From a virus: DNA of 64,000 nt. The notes beneath the pieces are model-generated. The model ran no database searches, was not told the origin of the DNA, and saw only the letters and a list, made by a program, of their open reading frames with translations. A program made the translations under genes and the position numbers. This document shows positions 1-10,316 of the stretch, piece after piece (within the stretch, counting starts at the first letter, position 1; each line of letters begins with the position of its first letter). The DNA is taken from positions 7,843 through 71,842 of IMG/VR virus record IMGVR_UViG_3300028920_000006, one strand, 5' to 3'.

Positions 1-153
1 ACTTGTCTGGAACTTGTGTGCCAGTGTCAACACACGGGATAAGAAACCGAAGATGACACCTGTAGCTAGATCATGGTGTGATAGTCCTCCCATGGTATAT
101 CGTACTGTGTACCCCAAGAAGTTGCAATCTAGTACGAGTGTCGGCGTTGTCAT
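1..153 (-). CDS. 5'-3' exonuclease / RNase H-like (PIN/FEN fold), N-terminal part, truncated by window edge
   Basis: Manual translation MTTPTLVLDCNFLGYTVRYTMGGLSHHDLATGVIFGFLSRVLTL resembles the Pol I 5'-3' exonuclease N-terminus; replication module context. Confidence 0.65.
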   Translation of the reverse strand, partial: MTTPTLVLDCNFLGYTVRYTMGGLSHHDLATGVIFGFLSRVLTLAHKFQTS

Positions 154-162
154 CTCTATTCC

Positions 163-399
163 TTATGATTTGACCCCGCAAGGTTCACCGTTGTACTGCT
201 CACAGGTGACAGCCAGTTCAGCCCACGTTATCTTCATGGGTACTGTCTTGTTTCCTGTTTCCATATCGTTGCACACCATTACGATCACGCCGGTCGGGCT
301 GATGGTGTTGACCAAGGACGCTCCTATGGGGTGTCCTTTGCGTCTGATATACAGCGGCTTGTCCTTCGGTACAGTTACATACGTCCACGGCTTTATCAT
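163..399 (-). CDS. hypothetical protein
   Basis: 78 aa ORF, GGAGG RBS, packed in operon. Confidence 0.6.
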   Translation of the reverse strand: MIKPWTYVTVPKDKPLYIRRKGHPIGASLVNTISPTGVIVMVCNDMETGNKTVPMKITWAELAVTCEQYNGEPCGVKS

Positions 400-411
400 G
401 TCTGTTCCTCC

Positions 412-1509
412 TTATGTGTATTTCCTCTTCCTGTTCAGGCGCAAACCCTCTTCCACTCTATCCCACGCCTTTTGGGCTACCTTGCGCAAATCCACTTCCA
501 AACCATCTTCTTCAATTGCCCTTATCAGTTTGTCCCGTTTGTATTCCATGTCCAGTTCTTTAGCCTTTATCCTACCGGACGTTTTCTTCCAATACTTGTT
601 ACTGTTTTCACTGGTCAGCCAATCTATTATGGAACCAACGTCATCTATCCCGTAGTCATAGTATATGGGGAAGTCTACACTACGAGCCTTGCCAGTGACC
701 CTATTCTTGGTCACATTAACACGACATTGCACGCCTATGATTGGACCACCTTTTGTTTTCCTAAGCTTCCCCACAATAGCCAACCACAATTCGTGAGTTT
801 CGTTGTGTTCCAGGGACTTTCCACCTGTCCTTCTGTACCGAGGCTGGAAAGGCATGTTGGTCAGATTCTCTCTAACCTGTGATACTATCAACAGCAGACC
901 ATTCACTTCTGCTACCCCTTGTATCATCAGACGCAGCATCTCACTGAAACCCCGTACCTTTTCTGTCTTCCATGATCCCTTTCCCTTTTCGGTCTTACCA
1001 GCATTCACAGACTTTGCGCGTTTTACCATGCGTTCTATTTCTTCATCACTGGTGAGACCATCAAAGGAATCCTCAACCCACACAAACGGCTCCTCTGCTT
1101 CTATCCTGTTCCACACACCAACTTGAAAATCATTGATGGTTTTGCTGTGTTCTACCTCCAACCTCTTGGCTAGCTTCGCCCCAAAAAGATATCTGATGTC
1201 ATATTCGATGGCAGCTTCAACATCATCATGGATAAGCCTGTAGTCTGCGAAACGTTTTTTGTGAGCCGCTTCTGCCAGACAAGAGTGAGCCAGAAAGGAC
1301 TTCCCTGTCCCTTTGTCTCCGATAAGGTTTACCATCTTACCAAGCATGAACCCACCGCTCCACATATCACTCAAGGCTAGGTTCAGCATGGTAGATCCCG
1401 TAGGGAGCATCATAGATGGTTTAAGTATAGATTCCTTGATAGGTTTCTCTGCGTGCTCTACTATCTGATCAACCACGGACTTTTTCTTCTTGGTGCGCTT
1501 GCGTTTCAT
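412..1509 (-). CDS. recA: RecA/UvsX-like recombinase
   Basis: PTGSTMLNLAL, Walker A GDKGTGKS, Walker B VWVEDS, SQVR, TGGKSL, KNRV, YGID motifs. Confidence 0.9.
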   Translation of the reverse strand: MKRKRTKKKKSVVDQIVEHAEKPIKESILKPSMMLPTGSTMLNLALSDMWSGGFMLGKMVNLIGDKGTGKSFLAHSCLAEAAHKKRFADYRLIHDDVEAAIEYDIRYLFGAKLAKRLEVEHSKTINDFQVGVWNRIEAEEPFVWVEDSFDGLTSDEEIERMVKRAKSVNAGKTEKGKGSWKTEKVRGFSEMLRLMIQGVAEVNGLLLIVSQVRENLTNMPFQPRYRRTGGKSLEHNETHELWLAIVGKLRKTKGGPIIGVQCRVNVTKNRVTGKARSVDFPIYYDYGIDDVGSIIDWLTSENSNKYWKKTSGRIKAKELDMEYKRDKLIRAIEEDGLEVDLRKVAQKAWDRVEEGLRLNRKRKYT

Positions 1510-1527
1510 ATGTATTCCTGAGTTAGT

Positions 1528-1621
1528 GCCGGGGTGACGGCAAGGGCAACCGTACTCTTCGCAACTGGCGAACGAAAAGCCTCCATATCGGGGGGATCCA
1601 ATTCCCCGGGAGCACCCCAGC
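1528..1621 (-). ncRNA. candidate structured cis-acting RNA between SSB and recA
   Basis: 9-bp closing stem (1621-1613 with 1536-1528, one G-U) enclosing three short hairpins. Confidence 0.35.
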
Positions 1622-1632
1622 GGCGAATACAG

Positions 1633-2641
<1,009 letters not shown>

Positions 2642-2658
<17 letters not shown>

Positions 2659-2785
2659 CAGTCTTCTCCCTTCTATACCTTGCTACTACCTTCCCTATAA
2701 TGTGCGCTGCGCAGTCTAGTAGGACGAGGAACCACAGACTACCAACCACTATCAACAGACCCAGTCCTATTGTGTTTCTCGTCAC
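2642..2785 (-). CDS. small putative membrane protein (47 aa)
   Basis: GTG start overlapping upstream stop; hydrophobic stretch IGLGLLIVVGSLWFLVLL; manual translation. Confidence 0.4.
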
Positions 2786-3294
2786 TTCCTCTTCCTCCTA
2801 ACCTTTGTCTTCCTATCTACCCTCCTCTCCATTCGTTTGTCCAGTTCCCTTCTCAAGTCCCGCGGAACAGATGGTGTGGCGAAGTATTCTTGGTTGCAGA
2901 GTTGCACCATATCCCTCAACACATCCTTCCTCTGCCTGAACGCCGTTACCGCGTCATACAGTATGTCCCGCTCGTACATGGCCCTATCCAATTCATCCTT
3001 AGCCGCCAGATGATCAGGGTGTGTCCTGTAATATGCTTCCAACTGCGGTCCTGTTGGAACCTTGCCGGACGCTTTAATCTTCTTGCTTACCAAACCTGGT
3101 CTGGCGATCCCCTTGTTGATCAGCTTGGAACGCATCACCTTTACTTTTTCTTCTGCCTGTCGTACCTTGCGTTCTGCACGACGGTAGAGCCTACTCCATT
3201 TCAGGAACAAGTTGGGCTGTATTAACAATTCCACATCCAGAGCTGAAGGGTCAATTGACAGTTCTTCTTCGTAATCGTATTTTGTTTTTCCCAT
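2782..3294 (-). CDS. UvsY-like recombination mediator
   Basis: Helical 170 aa protein (LSID..LD.E...QP, AFRQRKDVL) adjacent to SSB and recA. Confidence 0.55.
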   Translation of the reverse strand: MGKTKYDYEEELSIDPSALDVELLIQPNLFLKWSRLYRRAERKVRQAEEKVKVMRSKLINKGIARPGLVSKKIKASGKVPTGPQLEAYYRTHPDHLAAKDELDRAMYERDILYDAVTAFRQRKDVLRDMVQLCNQEYFATPSVPRDLRRELDKRMERRVDRKTKVRRKRK

Positions 3295-3310
3295 AGGTTC
3301 CCCCTTGTAT

Positions 3311-3319
3311 TATTATACG
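3311..3319 (-). promoter_or_regulatory. CGTATAATA -10-like promoter motif (copy 1 of 3)
   Basis: Identical 9-mer also at 15264-15272 and 18370-18378, each just upstream of an RBS and gene start. Confidence 0.5.
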
Positions 3320-3326
3320 TGCAGGA

Positions 3327-5426
3327 CTACTTGCTATTTACAATTTCAAAGCAGGAAAGGGTTAGACCAGTCTTCCCACTGTCATAGTAGGGTTCGCTGA
3401 AAGCCACGGCGATTTTGTATGCTCTCCCGTTCCCTTTCAACATGGCTGTGTTACAACAGGCTAGAACGATACGTCTTATGCTTTCCGGTTCGTGCTCTTC
3501 AAGCAGTTGCTTTATCTTATCAGCGACCAGCCGCCATGGTCTTTTCTTGATGAGCAGTATGAACAATTCGTGAGCACCTGACTGTTCTTCCTCAGCAAAC
3601 TTCACAGCCTGCTTCATGTCATTCTTGGGCAAGTCGATTATCTTGTCCATAAGCATGAGTGCCACACCCAGAGAACCTTCGCTGGTTTCTGCTATCTGTT
3701 CCCTGATGGACTTGGGAACATCCTTGCCATACTTCTTTGCGATACTCCTCAGATGTTTTACTATCGTTTCCTCGTTCACAGGCTTGACCACGTAGGGACT
3801 GCAACGCCGTTTTAGAGTAGGCCGTAGCTTCCCTGGATTGGTCGTAGCGAGGACGAAGAATGTGTGGCGGGGTGTATCCTCCAGCAATTTCAACAAGGCT
3901 TCCTGTGCGTCCCCTGTAAGCTTGTGGCAATTATGAACAAGAAACCCATTGGCAAAATAAGAAGGGTGCCCCTCTATTTCTAGATCATAAAATGTTACGA
4001 AGCCTCGACTTCTTTCGTTATCTCCGATAACACTCGCGAAAGATCTGTCATTATTTCCTCGTTGGTAAATCTCAACACTTTCCACCCTAACTTGTTCAAA
4101 GCTCTCGTCTTTTTCACATCTTTCGATATAATCTTTTTCGTCCTGTGCATTCTCCCGTCTACTTCTATGGCAATTAAATCCTTCTTTGACCCTATGTCCA
4201 CTTTGTAACAAGTCGGGAACCCCTTTTTCCTTGTTCCCAGAGATATGGCCACTTCCGTAGGCCAACCTAGAGCCATCGACAGTACTCTTTGAGGCTCTGT
4301 TATCTTTCCGTTCCCTCCCTGTTCTCCAGAGAACCCTTTCAGTGTACCATTCATCCTCTTCGTTGACCTCATCTTTTCTACCGTTTTCGGGTCGGACATC
4401 GGATTTTCCTTTAACATTCTTCTGGAAGATCTTTTTGCGTGTTCTTTGCCCTTTCTTGTCATCACATATTTCCGTAATGCTTGTGATAGCTTTTGTGCAC
4501 GTTTCTTCGTGTACATCTTTGCCCGAATTGACGGGACTTTCGTTCTCCATTTCCCCACACAATGCTGACTGCAAAACTTTGGTTTGTGAGGTTGTCTGTC
4601 TACTCGACATTTCTTTCTTGTTACTTTTCTCCCGCATTCCGTACACTGAAACGTCACCATTCGCCCCAGACCTTGGTCTCTGTCTCTTTGTGCCTTTGCA
4701 CACTTCTTCGAACACGTCTTTTGGGTCTGTTTTTTCAGCTTGAATTTCGTCCCGCATATTGGGCATGACTTGATTGTTCTTCGTCGTACTGTCATTGCTT
4801 ACCTCCCCTGTCTGTAAATTATTGGCTTGCATTGTATTACAAATGACGCAGGGGAGTAAAGCATTATTCTTCACTAAATTTTGCGCTTCGATCCAGCCCG
4901 TCTGTGTCAAGAACATATGTTCTTTTGTGGTGAACAAGACTCTGCCATTGCTGAATCTTACTTTGACCACTCGTTCCAATATGACATTGTTCCTGAAGAC
5001 AGACATCACCCTGGCATCTTCTCCTCTTATTGAAGATACACATTGCCCCGGTTCCACTTTTGATATACTTATGACACCGTCTCTAGTATTGACTTCTGTG
5101 TGCTCAGCGAAGCACTCGTCAAGCAGGTATACTTTGTTCTTGCAGAAGATTGGCTTGAGTTTGACTTGTGCGCGAATCTCACGTGCTGTTTCAACCCCGC
5201 GGAAGTCGGCTGTGTTAAGCTCGTGAAAGTCAACTCCCTTTGCGCCAAGAGAAGCTCCGACAATTCTCGCCAGTGTAGTCTTACCACATCCTTTAGGTCC
5301 AGTGAACAGGTATGCATGAGCTATCCCTTTCTTGCGACCAAGCATAGCCCGTAGTTCTGCAACCGTGCTTTCATTCCCAACAATGTCATCCAACGTCTGC
5401 GGTCTGTAGTCAAGGTGTAGTGGCAC
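3327..5426 (-). CDS. dnaX: DnaX/RFC-like clamp loader AAA+ subunit, intein-containing
   Basis: YRPQTLDDIVGN, HAYLFTGPKGCGKT, LLDE|CH Walker B after intein removal, ALLKLLED, LATT, RRC. Confidence 0.9.
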   Translation of the reverse strand: MPLHLDYRPQTLDDIVGNESTVAELRAMLGRKKGIAHAYLFTGPKGCGKTTLARIVGASLGAKGVDFHELNTADFRGVETAREIRAQVKLKPIFCKNKVYLLDECFAEHTEVNTRDGVISISKVEPGQCVSSIRGEDARVMSVFRNNVILERVVKVRFSNGRVLFTTKEHMFLTQTGWIEAQNLVKNNALLPCVICNTMQANNLQTGEVSNDSTTKNNQVMPNMRDEIQAEKTDPKDVFEEVCKGTKRQRPRSGANGDVSVYGMREKSNKKEMSSRQTTSQTKVLQSALCGEMENESPVNSGKDVHEETCTKAITSITEICDDKKGQRTRKKIFQKNVKGKSDVRPENGRKDEVNEEDEWYTERVLWRTGRERKDNRASKSTVDGSRLAYGSGHISGNKEKGVPDLLQSGHRVKEGFNCHRSRRENAQDEKDYIERCEKDESFEQVRVESVEIYQRGNNDRSFASVIGDNERSRGFVTFYDLEIEGHPSYFANGFLVHNCHKLTGDAQEALLKLLEDTPRHTFFVLATTNPGKLRPTLKRRCSPYVVKPVNEETIVKHLRSIAKKYGKDVPKSIREQIAETSEGSLGVALMLMDKIIDLPKNDMKQAVKFAEEEQSGAHELFILLIKKRPWRLVADKIKQLLEEHEPESIRRIVLACCNTAMLKGNGRAYKIAVAFSEPYYDSGKTGLTLSCFEIVNSK
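3930..5114 (-). mobile_element. intein (395 aa) inserted in Walker B of the clamp loader
   Basis: N-terminal CFAEHTEV, block B TKEHMF, C-terminal FYDLEIEGHPSYFANGFLVHN followed by +1 Cys. Confidence 0.92.
3995..4795 (-). CDS. Vsr/DUF559-like (EDxHD-type) endonuclease with Zn-ribbon N-terminus, nested in the +1 frame inside the intein
   Basis: CPICG..CSKKC and CTECG..FCSQHC; VDI..IAIEVDGRMH..D..K..LNKLGWKVLRFTNEEI; own GGGGAGGT RBS. Confidence 0.85.
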   Translation of the reverse strand: MTVRRRTIKSCPICGTKFKLKKQTQKTCSKKCAKAQRDRDQGLGRMVTFQCTECGRKVTRKKCRVDRQPHKPKFCSQHCVGKWRTKVPSIRAKMYTKKRAQKLSQALRKYVMTRKGKEHAKRSSRRMLKENPMSDPKTVEKMRSTKRMNGTLKGFSGEQGGNGKITEPQRVLSMALGWPTEVAISLGTRKKGFPTCYKVDIGSKKDLIAIEVDGRMHRTKKIISKDVKKTRALNKLGWKVLRFTNEEIMTDLSRVLSEITKEVEAS

Positions 5427-5661
5427 TTGCTATCTCCTCATAATATTCTGCAGTTTCACTAGCTGTATCCCACTGGAACAATCTGAACCTACGTACCTTG
5501 CATGAAGGACGCTCCTCTGGATCTTTGACCTGTGTATCCCCAAACATATCCACTAATGGTTCACAATACACTTCCGGTGGATTTATTTTGGGTTGGAACA
5601 CACCCCCTTTCGTGATCACTTTGGAACATCCACATTGCGTGTGAAGTATAATCCTAATCAT
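5410..5661 (-). CDS. hypothetical protein
   Basis: 83 aa, overlapping start/stop packing, GGAGGAG RBS. Confidence 0.55.
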   Translation of the reverse strand: MIRIILHTQCGCSKVITKGGVFQPKINPPEVYCEPLVDMFGDTQVKDPEERPSCKVRRFRLFQWDTASETAEYYEEIASATTP

Positions 5662-5933
5662 CTGCTTCTCCTCCTTCTCTTTGGCCAGAACTCTGCTTGT
5701 TTGGGATCAGGTACATCGTCTGCTTTTGTTTCCGGTATACAATCCACAGCTACTGACCAAGGGAATACTGGTTTGAATGTCAAATGGCTGAATTGATCAT
5801 TCATAGAACGCATCTGAAGGTTCTTACCATGACTCCATAGTTCAATCCTCATCCCGTTGTCCAGTGTGAGCATGAACTTCTTTATGCCCTTGCGGATGTA
5901 TTCCTTACCCTTCTTTTCGTACGTTATCTTCAT
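5658..5933 (-). CDS. hypothetical protein
   Basis: ATGA overlap with polA stop; start re-called at MKITYE. Confidence 0.55.
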   Translation of the reverse strand: MKITYEKKGKEYIRKGIKKFMLTLDNGMRIELWSHGKNLQMRSMNDQFSHLTFKPVFPWSVAVDCIPETKADDVPDPKQAEFWPKRRRRSR

Positions 5934-7312
5934 GCCACCAGTTCTACTCCTTTCGCTTTCCACCAGCTTTCACCCGGCCCCGCTACTTCTGCTTCTACTT
6001 CCAACTGTGTGATAATCCAAGGCCAGTGTTTCTTTATGGATACACACATTGTCTTCTGGGCGATTGCCAACACGTCATCGAGTTCGCCCATCGCCACGTT
6101 GATTATGATACTGTCATGTATCTGCCCTATGATACGTGACTTCATTTTGTGTTTCTTGAAATACTTGTTGAGTTGGATCAAGCTCCAGAGTGTGCAGTGG
6201 AATGCCACACCCTGAGAAGGATAGTTGATACATTCGTTCCGTGTCATAAACCCTGTGAATCTGAACCCGCTCAAACACTTCGTGTACCCCTTCCGCAAGT
6301 AATCCCTGTACCAATCCTCCCGCCATCGCCCATACTTTTCAAACTTCTCATTCCAGTACCAGTCCTCCACGGATTCTACGTGTGGTTCATATTCGTCCAG
6401 AGATTCTATCCTCTTGTTGGCTAAGTGATCCAACATTGGTGTCCCATCCGCAGTCACCAATCCTTCACCGGCATATTCCCACAGATCTTTTGCTGCGGCT
6501 TCGTATCCCCCGCCATACTGTTCCCGGAAGACGAACTTGTTCTTGGCACCCCACCTGATGTCCTTGTATGTATCGGACCCCTTCTTCCCCATCTCCTTGG
6601 CTTTTAGTTTGAACAGTCTCTTTGCCAAGTCCCTGTGGATGTCCCGTTTTGGGTCGGCGAGTTCAGCCATCATGTTTGGATCTTGGTGATACCAAGTTGC
6701 AGCATGGACTTCTAATCTACCGTAGTCCAGTTCCACTAACTGGTCTGATGGTTTGTGTGCTATGATGGCTCTACGGATTATCTTTGCCATGTCCTTCCTA
6801 CGCTTGTCGAAGTTATGAGGGTTAGGCCAAGACCCACTACTTCTGTAACTCTTCACAGTGTGCAGTTCCAAGAATGGATGCATAATACCATCCACAGATT
6901 CTCGGTACATGCCATACAGCTTCTTCCTGACCCGATCCAGTTGCTTGATACGGATAATCCTTTTAACTGTTGAATCGTCTATCTGTGCGAGCGCTTCTTC
7001 CTTAGCCGAAGGTTTGTTTGTCTTTGCTGTGAAGACCTTGGCTTTGTATCCCATATGATTGAATAGGATATCAGCAAGCTGCTCATTGGAATCAGGGTTG
7101 AACTTGTTTCCCTTGATCTTAGTCCACCGTTTCATTATCTTGGACTTCTTTACTTTGGCGCGTAGCTTGTCTATCTGCTTACCCAATCTCCCCAATTCAC
7201 ATTCACAATAGAATGTGTCCAACCTCATGCCAGTGTCTTCTATGTCTGCGAAAGCAATGGATCCTTCGTGGAACAGTTTGTATGCATCAAGCCGTGTTGC
7301 AATTATCTTCAA
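5930..7312 (-). CDS. polA: family A DNA polymerase, polymerase domain only
   Basis: YRSS..PNPHN, motif A LDYGRLE, motif B R..AKNKFVF..QYG, NYPSQG, motif C IHDS. Confidence 0.9.
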   Translation of the reverse strand: MKIIATRLDAYKLFHEGSIAFADIEDTGMRLDTFYCECELGRLGKQIDKLRAKVKKSKIMKRWTKIKGNKFNPDSNEQLADILFNHMGYKAKVFTAKTNKPSAKEEALAQIDDSTVKRIIRIKQLDRVRKKLYGMYRESVDGIMHPFLELHTVKSYRSSGSWPNPHNFDKRRKDMAKIIRRAIIAHKPSDQLVELDYGRLEVHAATWYHQDPNMMAELADPKRDIHRDLAKRLFKLKAKEMGKKGSDTYKDIRWGAKNKFVFREQYGGGYEAAAKDLWEYAGEGLVTADGTPMLDHLANKRIESLDEYEPHVESVEDWYWNEKFEKYGRWREDWYRDYLRKGYTKCLSGFRFTGFMTRNECINYPSQGVAFHCTLWSLIQLNKYFKKHKMKSRIIGQIHDSIIINVAMGELDDVLAIAQKTMCVSIKKHWPWIITQLEVEAEVAGPGESWWKAKGVELVA

Positions 7313-7512
7313 TCTCTCCTCCCCACTAATGCCACACCTTCAAACTTCTTTCGCAGAGCCGCCCATGACCGTTCACTGTCGATGATTAGAAAATATGGAT
7401 ATTCATCCACCAATTCCAACAAAGGATCATCATTCACCATAGCTTTGGCTTTCACCCTTAGTGATATGTCAGAACAGTTTATCGAAAACCGGTCCATCCC
7501 TTCTTTGGTCAT
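7309..7512 (-). CDS. hypothetical protein between the two polymerase halves
   Basis: 67 aa, 4-nt overlaps with both neighbours. Confidence 0.5.
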   Translation of the reverse strand: MTKEGMDRFSINCSDISLRVKAKAMVNDDPLLELVDEYPYFLIIDSERSWAALRKKFEGVALVGRRD

Positions 7513-8759
7513 TGTTCTACTCCCATCTCTCTTAGTTGATCTTCAAGCAACCAGAATTCCAACAGGGAATCACAACCACAATAAACAAGGAGTTGATCCA
7601 GTGGAGCGTTTTCAATGTCATTCATTGCATTAGCTCCTAACTTCTTGGGTGTCTCTAACCATTTTCGCATATGACTGGCGTAGTCCATCACTCCGTAACG
7701 CACACACCCTTGGAACTTGATACTGGTGATGCCTGACCGGTTGTCTTGTACATGGTTGCAGATCATGGTATCCCATCCCCATGGTCTTATTCTGTATCCA
7801 AGAATGGTTCTGGCCCATGACTCTTCAAAGTTTATCTTCTGAGCTACTTTCTTTATCCTCCTGTGTCTGAAAACTTTCCTAAGCAGCTTCTTATTTGCAC
7901 AGGACATAGGGAATACATACGCTTTGTCCCTACGCCAGCAAACGGACACACAAAGGATTCTGTGACCTTGTTTGTGTGGTTTAAGGCCCGTGGTTTCAAA
8001 GTCCGTTACAAGCCATTCTGGTGGGTTTCTAAGTATGTTTTGCAGTAGCTTTGTAACAGCCTTTTTGCTGGTAAGGCATTTAACCATGTCGCGGAGGTCC
8101 ACTCGTTCGGGTAGGGGTTTCTTTCTCTTGGCAATGGCTTTCTTAAGATGTTTGCGTATGAGCACTTCTGCTGCGTTTCCTTGTCTCTGTTCATGACGCA
8201 TAGCAAAAGAGGGATGGTACGTAGGGCAGACCCAAGCATTCACATCGTAGTCTGGTATTGTCCACCCTATCCATTGTGATATCTTCCCCATCCTGCGCTT
8301 CCACCTGTGACCGTACAGACAATCTATGGCAGCTTGTCCCATAGGTATGATCACTTTGGGTTTGACATCAGTTATGGTTTTCCACACACGAGGTCTACAT
8401 GCTTTGACCTCCCTACCGGATGGAGGACGGTTTGCTCCGCTCTTGTTTGTGGGTCTGCAATTGATAGCATTTATCTTAAAGAAGTCACGGTCTAGGTCAT
8501 ACCCCATATCATCCAGTATGTCACGGAAGTACTCCCCCACACGACCTACCAGTTGTACCCCTCTGAAGTCTTCTTCTTCACCGGGAGCTTCAGCTATGAA
8601 TAGGATCTTTTTCTTACCCTTACCGGTCACCTTCATCTTTGGTGACCGGACGTTACGATGCAAACCGCAATCAGAACAGGTCAGGGCATGTTTGCCCGCT
8701 CCCATACTGAATGCCTTGTTGGACCTCTGCGGCCAGAAAAACCCTTCCCGCTCAGCCAT
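7509..8759 (-). CDS. family 4 uracil-DNA glycosylase-like domain fused to DnaQ-like 3'-5' exonuclease (SPO1-type polymerase N-half)
   Basis: CSDCGL, AEAPG.EED, NCRP..NRPP..EVKAC, TYHPS; then ExoI DFETTG, WDTM, ExoIII YCGCD. Confidence 0.88.
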   Translation of the reverse strand: MAEREGFFWPQRSNKAFSMGAGKHALTCSDCGLHRNVRSPKMKVTGKGKKKILFIAEAPGEEEDFRGVQLVGRVGEYFRDILDDMGYDLDRDFFKINAINCRPTNKSGANRPPSGREVKACRPRVWKTITDVKPKVIIPMGQAAIDCLYGHRWKRRMGKISQWIGWTIPDYDVNAWVCPTYHPSFAMRHEQRQGNAAEVLIRKHLKKAIAKRKKPLPERVDLRDMVKCLTSKKAVTKLLQNILRNPPEWLVTDFETTGLKPHKQGHRILCVSVCWRRDKAYVFPMSCANKKLLRKVFRHRRIKKVAQKINFEESWARTILGYRIRPWGWDTMICNHVQDNRSGITSIKFQGCVRYGVMDYASHMRKWLETPKKLGANAMNDIENAPLDQLLVYCGCDSLLEFWLLEDQLREMGVEQ

Positions 8760-9105
8760 CTTTTTTTACCTTCTTAGTTTTGTCCAACAGTGATATCAAT
8801 GCGTCCGTCTGTTCCAGTGCACATGATGCCACTTGATATGCGAACGCTGTTTTGGATGTACTGTTACGATGACTACAAGCCTGTTGCCTACAGTCTTCTA
8901 CCAAAACAGGGTTGCTTAGGATCCCTACCATTGCCGCCTTCGCCATTTCTTCTCTGCGTACTTTTGTATTTTCTTCACACAATACACACTTCTTTTTTCC
9001 TTTCACTACTGTGGTTAAAACTCCGCAGTCTGGACATTCTATTTGTTCATATTCCTCTACCATTATATACCTCTCTGTTCCGTTCAGTGGGATGTATTTG
9101 ATCAT
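8752..9105 (-). CDS. hypothetical Zn-ribbon protein
   Basis: CPDC..CVLC, operon packing. Confidence 0.55.
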   Translation of the reverse strand: MIKYIPLNGTERYIMVEEYEQIECPDCGVLTTVVKGKKKCVLCEENTKVRREEMAKAAMVGILSNPVLVEDCRQQACSHRNSTSKTAFAYQVASCALEQTDALISLLDKTKKVKKDG

Positions 9106-9557
9106 CCCTCCCTCACTTTTTCCTGCTCCGCGTCGGGCTGGGTGAGAATAGCCTTGATACGTTCATCCACATCGCAGGCGGCATCGTAGGCGACGAGCTT
9201 GGATTGCAAATCATCAATGTGCTCACGAGAACCTTCTAAGGTATCACGTATCTCCCCAATCGTCTGTTCCGATTCTACAACGGTATTGTAGAACTGATCT
9301 ACCTTATTTTCTAACAACCGCTCAATCACGCGGTCCTTCACCGCGCAGTCGGGGCAACCCTTCTGCATCCTGCTCTCTGTCGGTATCAGCTCAACGGCCA
9401 GCGTAACCAATGTGCCACACGCACAGTGCATCATAGCCTGCACGCCATGCTTGATCGGCACGGATTCCAACACGCCTCCACAGGCAGGGCAAGTGCTGCG
9501 CACCGTCTGCTTGCCGTGCTCTGATGGGTCCAGCCCGAAGTGTGGTCCCTCGCTCAT
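9102..9557 (-). CDS. hypothetical protein, Zn ribbon plus coiled coil
   Basis: CPAC..CAC..CPDC, ATGA overlaps. Confidence 0.55.
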   Translation of the reverse strand: MSEGPHFGLDPSEHGKQTVRSTCPACGGVLESVPIKHGVQAMMHCACGTLVTLAVELIPTESRMQKGCPDCAVKDRVIERLLENKVDQFYNTVVESEQTIGEIRDTLEGSREHIDDLQSKLVAYDAACDVDERIKAILTQPDAEQEKVREG

Positions 9558-10063
9558 TCCGCCCTCGCTCTCTCGTCGTATTCCCGCAGCTTGCGGCCTG
9601 CCTCTTCCCAGTTGCGGTTTGCTTCGTCCAACTTGCGGTCTGCCTCGTTCCGCTTGCGATATGCCTCATCCCGCTTGCGGTCTGCCTCGTCCCACTTACG
9701 TTCTGCCTCGTCCCACTTACGTTCTGCCTCTTTCCACTTGCGGTTTGCCTCGTCCCAGTTGCGGTTTGCTTCGTCCAACTTGTGGTATGCCTCGTTCCGC
9801 TTGCGGTTTGCCTCATCCCACTTGCGGTTTGCTTCGTCCAACTTGCGGTATGCCTCGTTCCGCTTGCGGTTTGCCTCATCCCGCTTGCGGTCTGCCTCGT
9901 CCCACTTGCAGTCTGCTTCGTACCACTTACGTTCTGCCTCTTTCCACTTGCGGCCTGCTTCATTCCAGTTGCGGTTTACTTTGTCCCACTTACGTTCTGC
10001 CTCGTCCCACTTGCGGCTTGCCTCTTCAAACGCCTTAACCAACTTATCGCGTTCGTCGCTCAT
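9554..10063 (-). CDS. heptad-repeat coiled-coil protein (about 21 x EA.RKW.-type units)
   Basis: 21-bp tandem unit; paralog at 28145-28381; AGGA RBS. Confidence 0.7.
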   Translation of the reverse strand: MSDERDKLVKAFEEASRKWDEAERKWDKVNRNWNEAGRKWKEAERKWYEADCKWDEADRKRDEANRKRNEAYRKLDEANRKWDEANRKRNEAYHKLDEANRNWDEANRKWKEAERKWDEAERKWDEADRKRDEAYRKRNEADRKLDEANRNWEEAGRKLREYDERARAE

Positions 10064-10316
10064 GCTTTCCTGCCTTTCGTCTCGACCATCCCTGCCATCT
10101 TAGCGCACTCCATGCAGGCTGTTCCGCCGTCGCCATCTGACTACGCGTACCTTGTCCATCACTTACCTCCCTGTTCTCCCGGTTGCCAATTGACCATAGA
10201 CTAGTTTCTGGCCAAGCGGATTCGTCAATCTAGTGTACTCCCCCATAATAAATTATCCTTCGGGCTCTGTACCGGAATGGCGGTCCGGTATGGACCGCCC
10301 CCCGGACCTCTCACCC

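Noticed and set aside
1528-1621. tRNA gene
   Set aside because: Multi-stem structure but no GTTCRA T-loop, canonical arm spacing or CCA end
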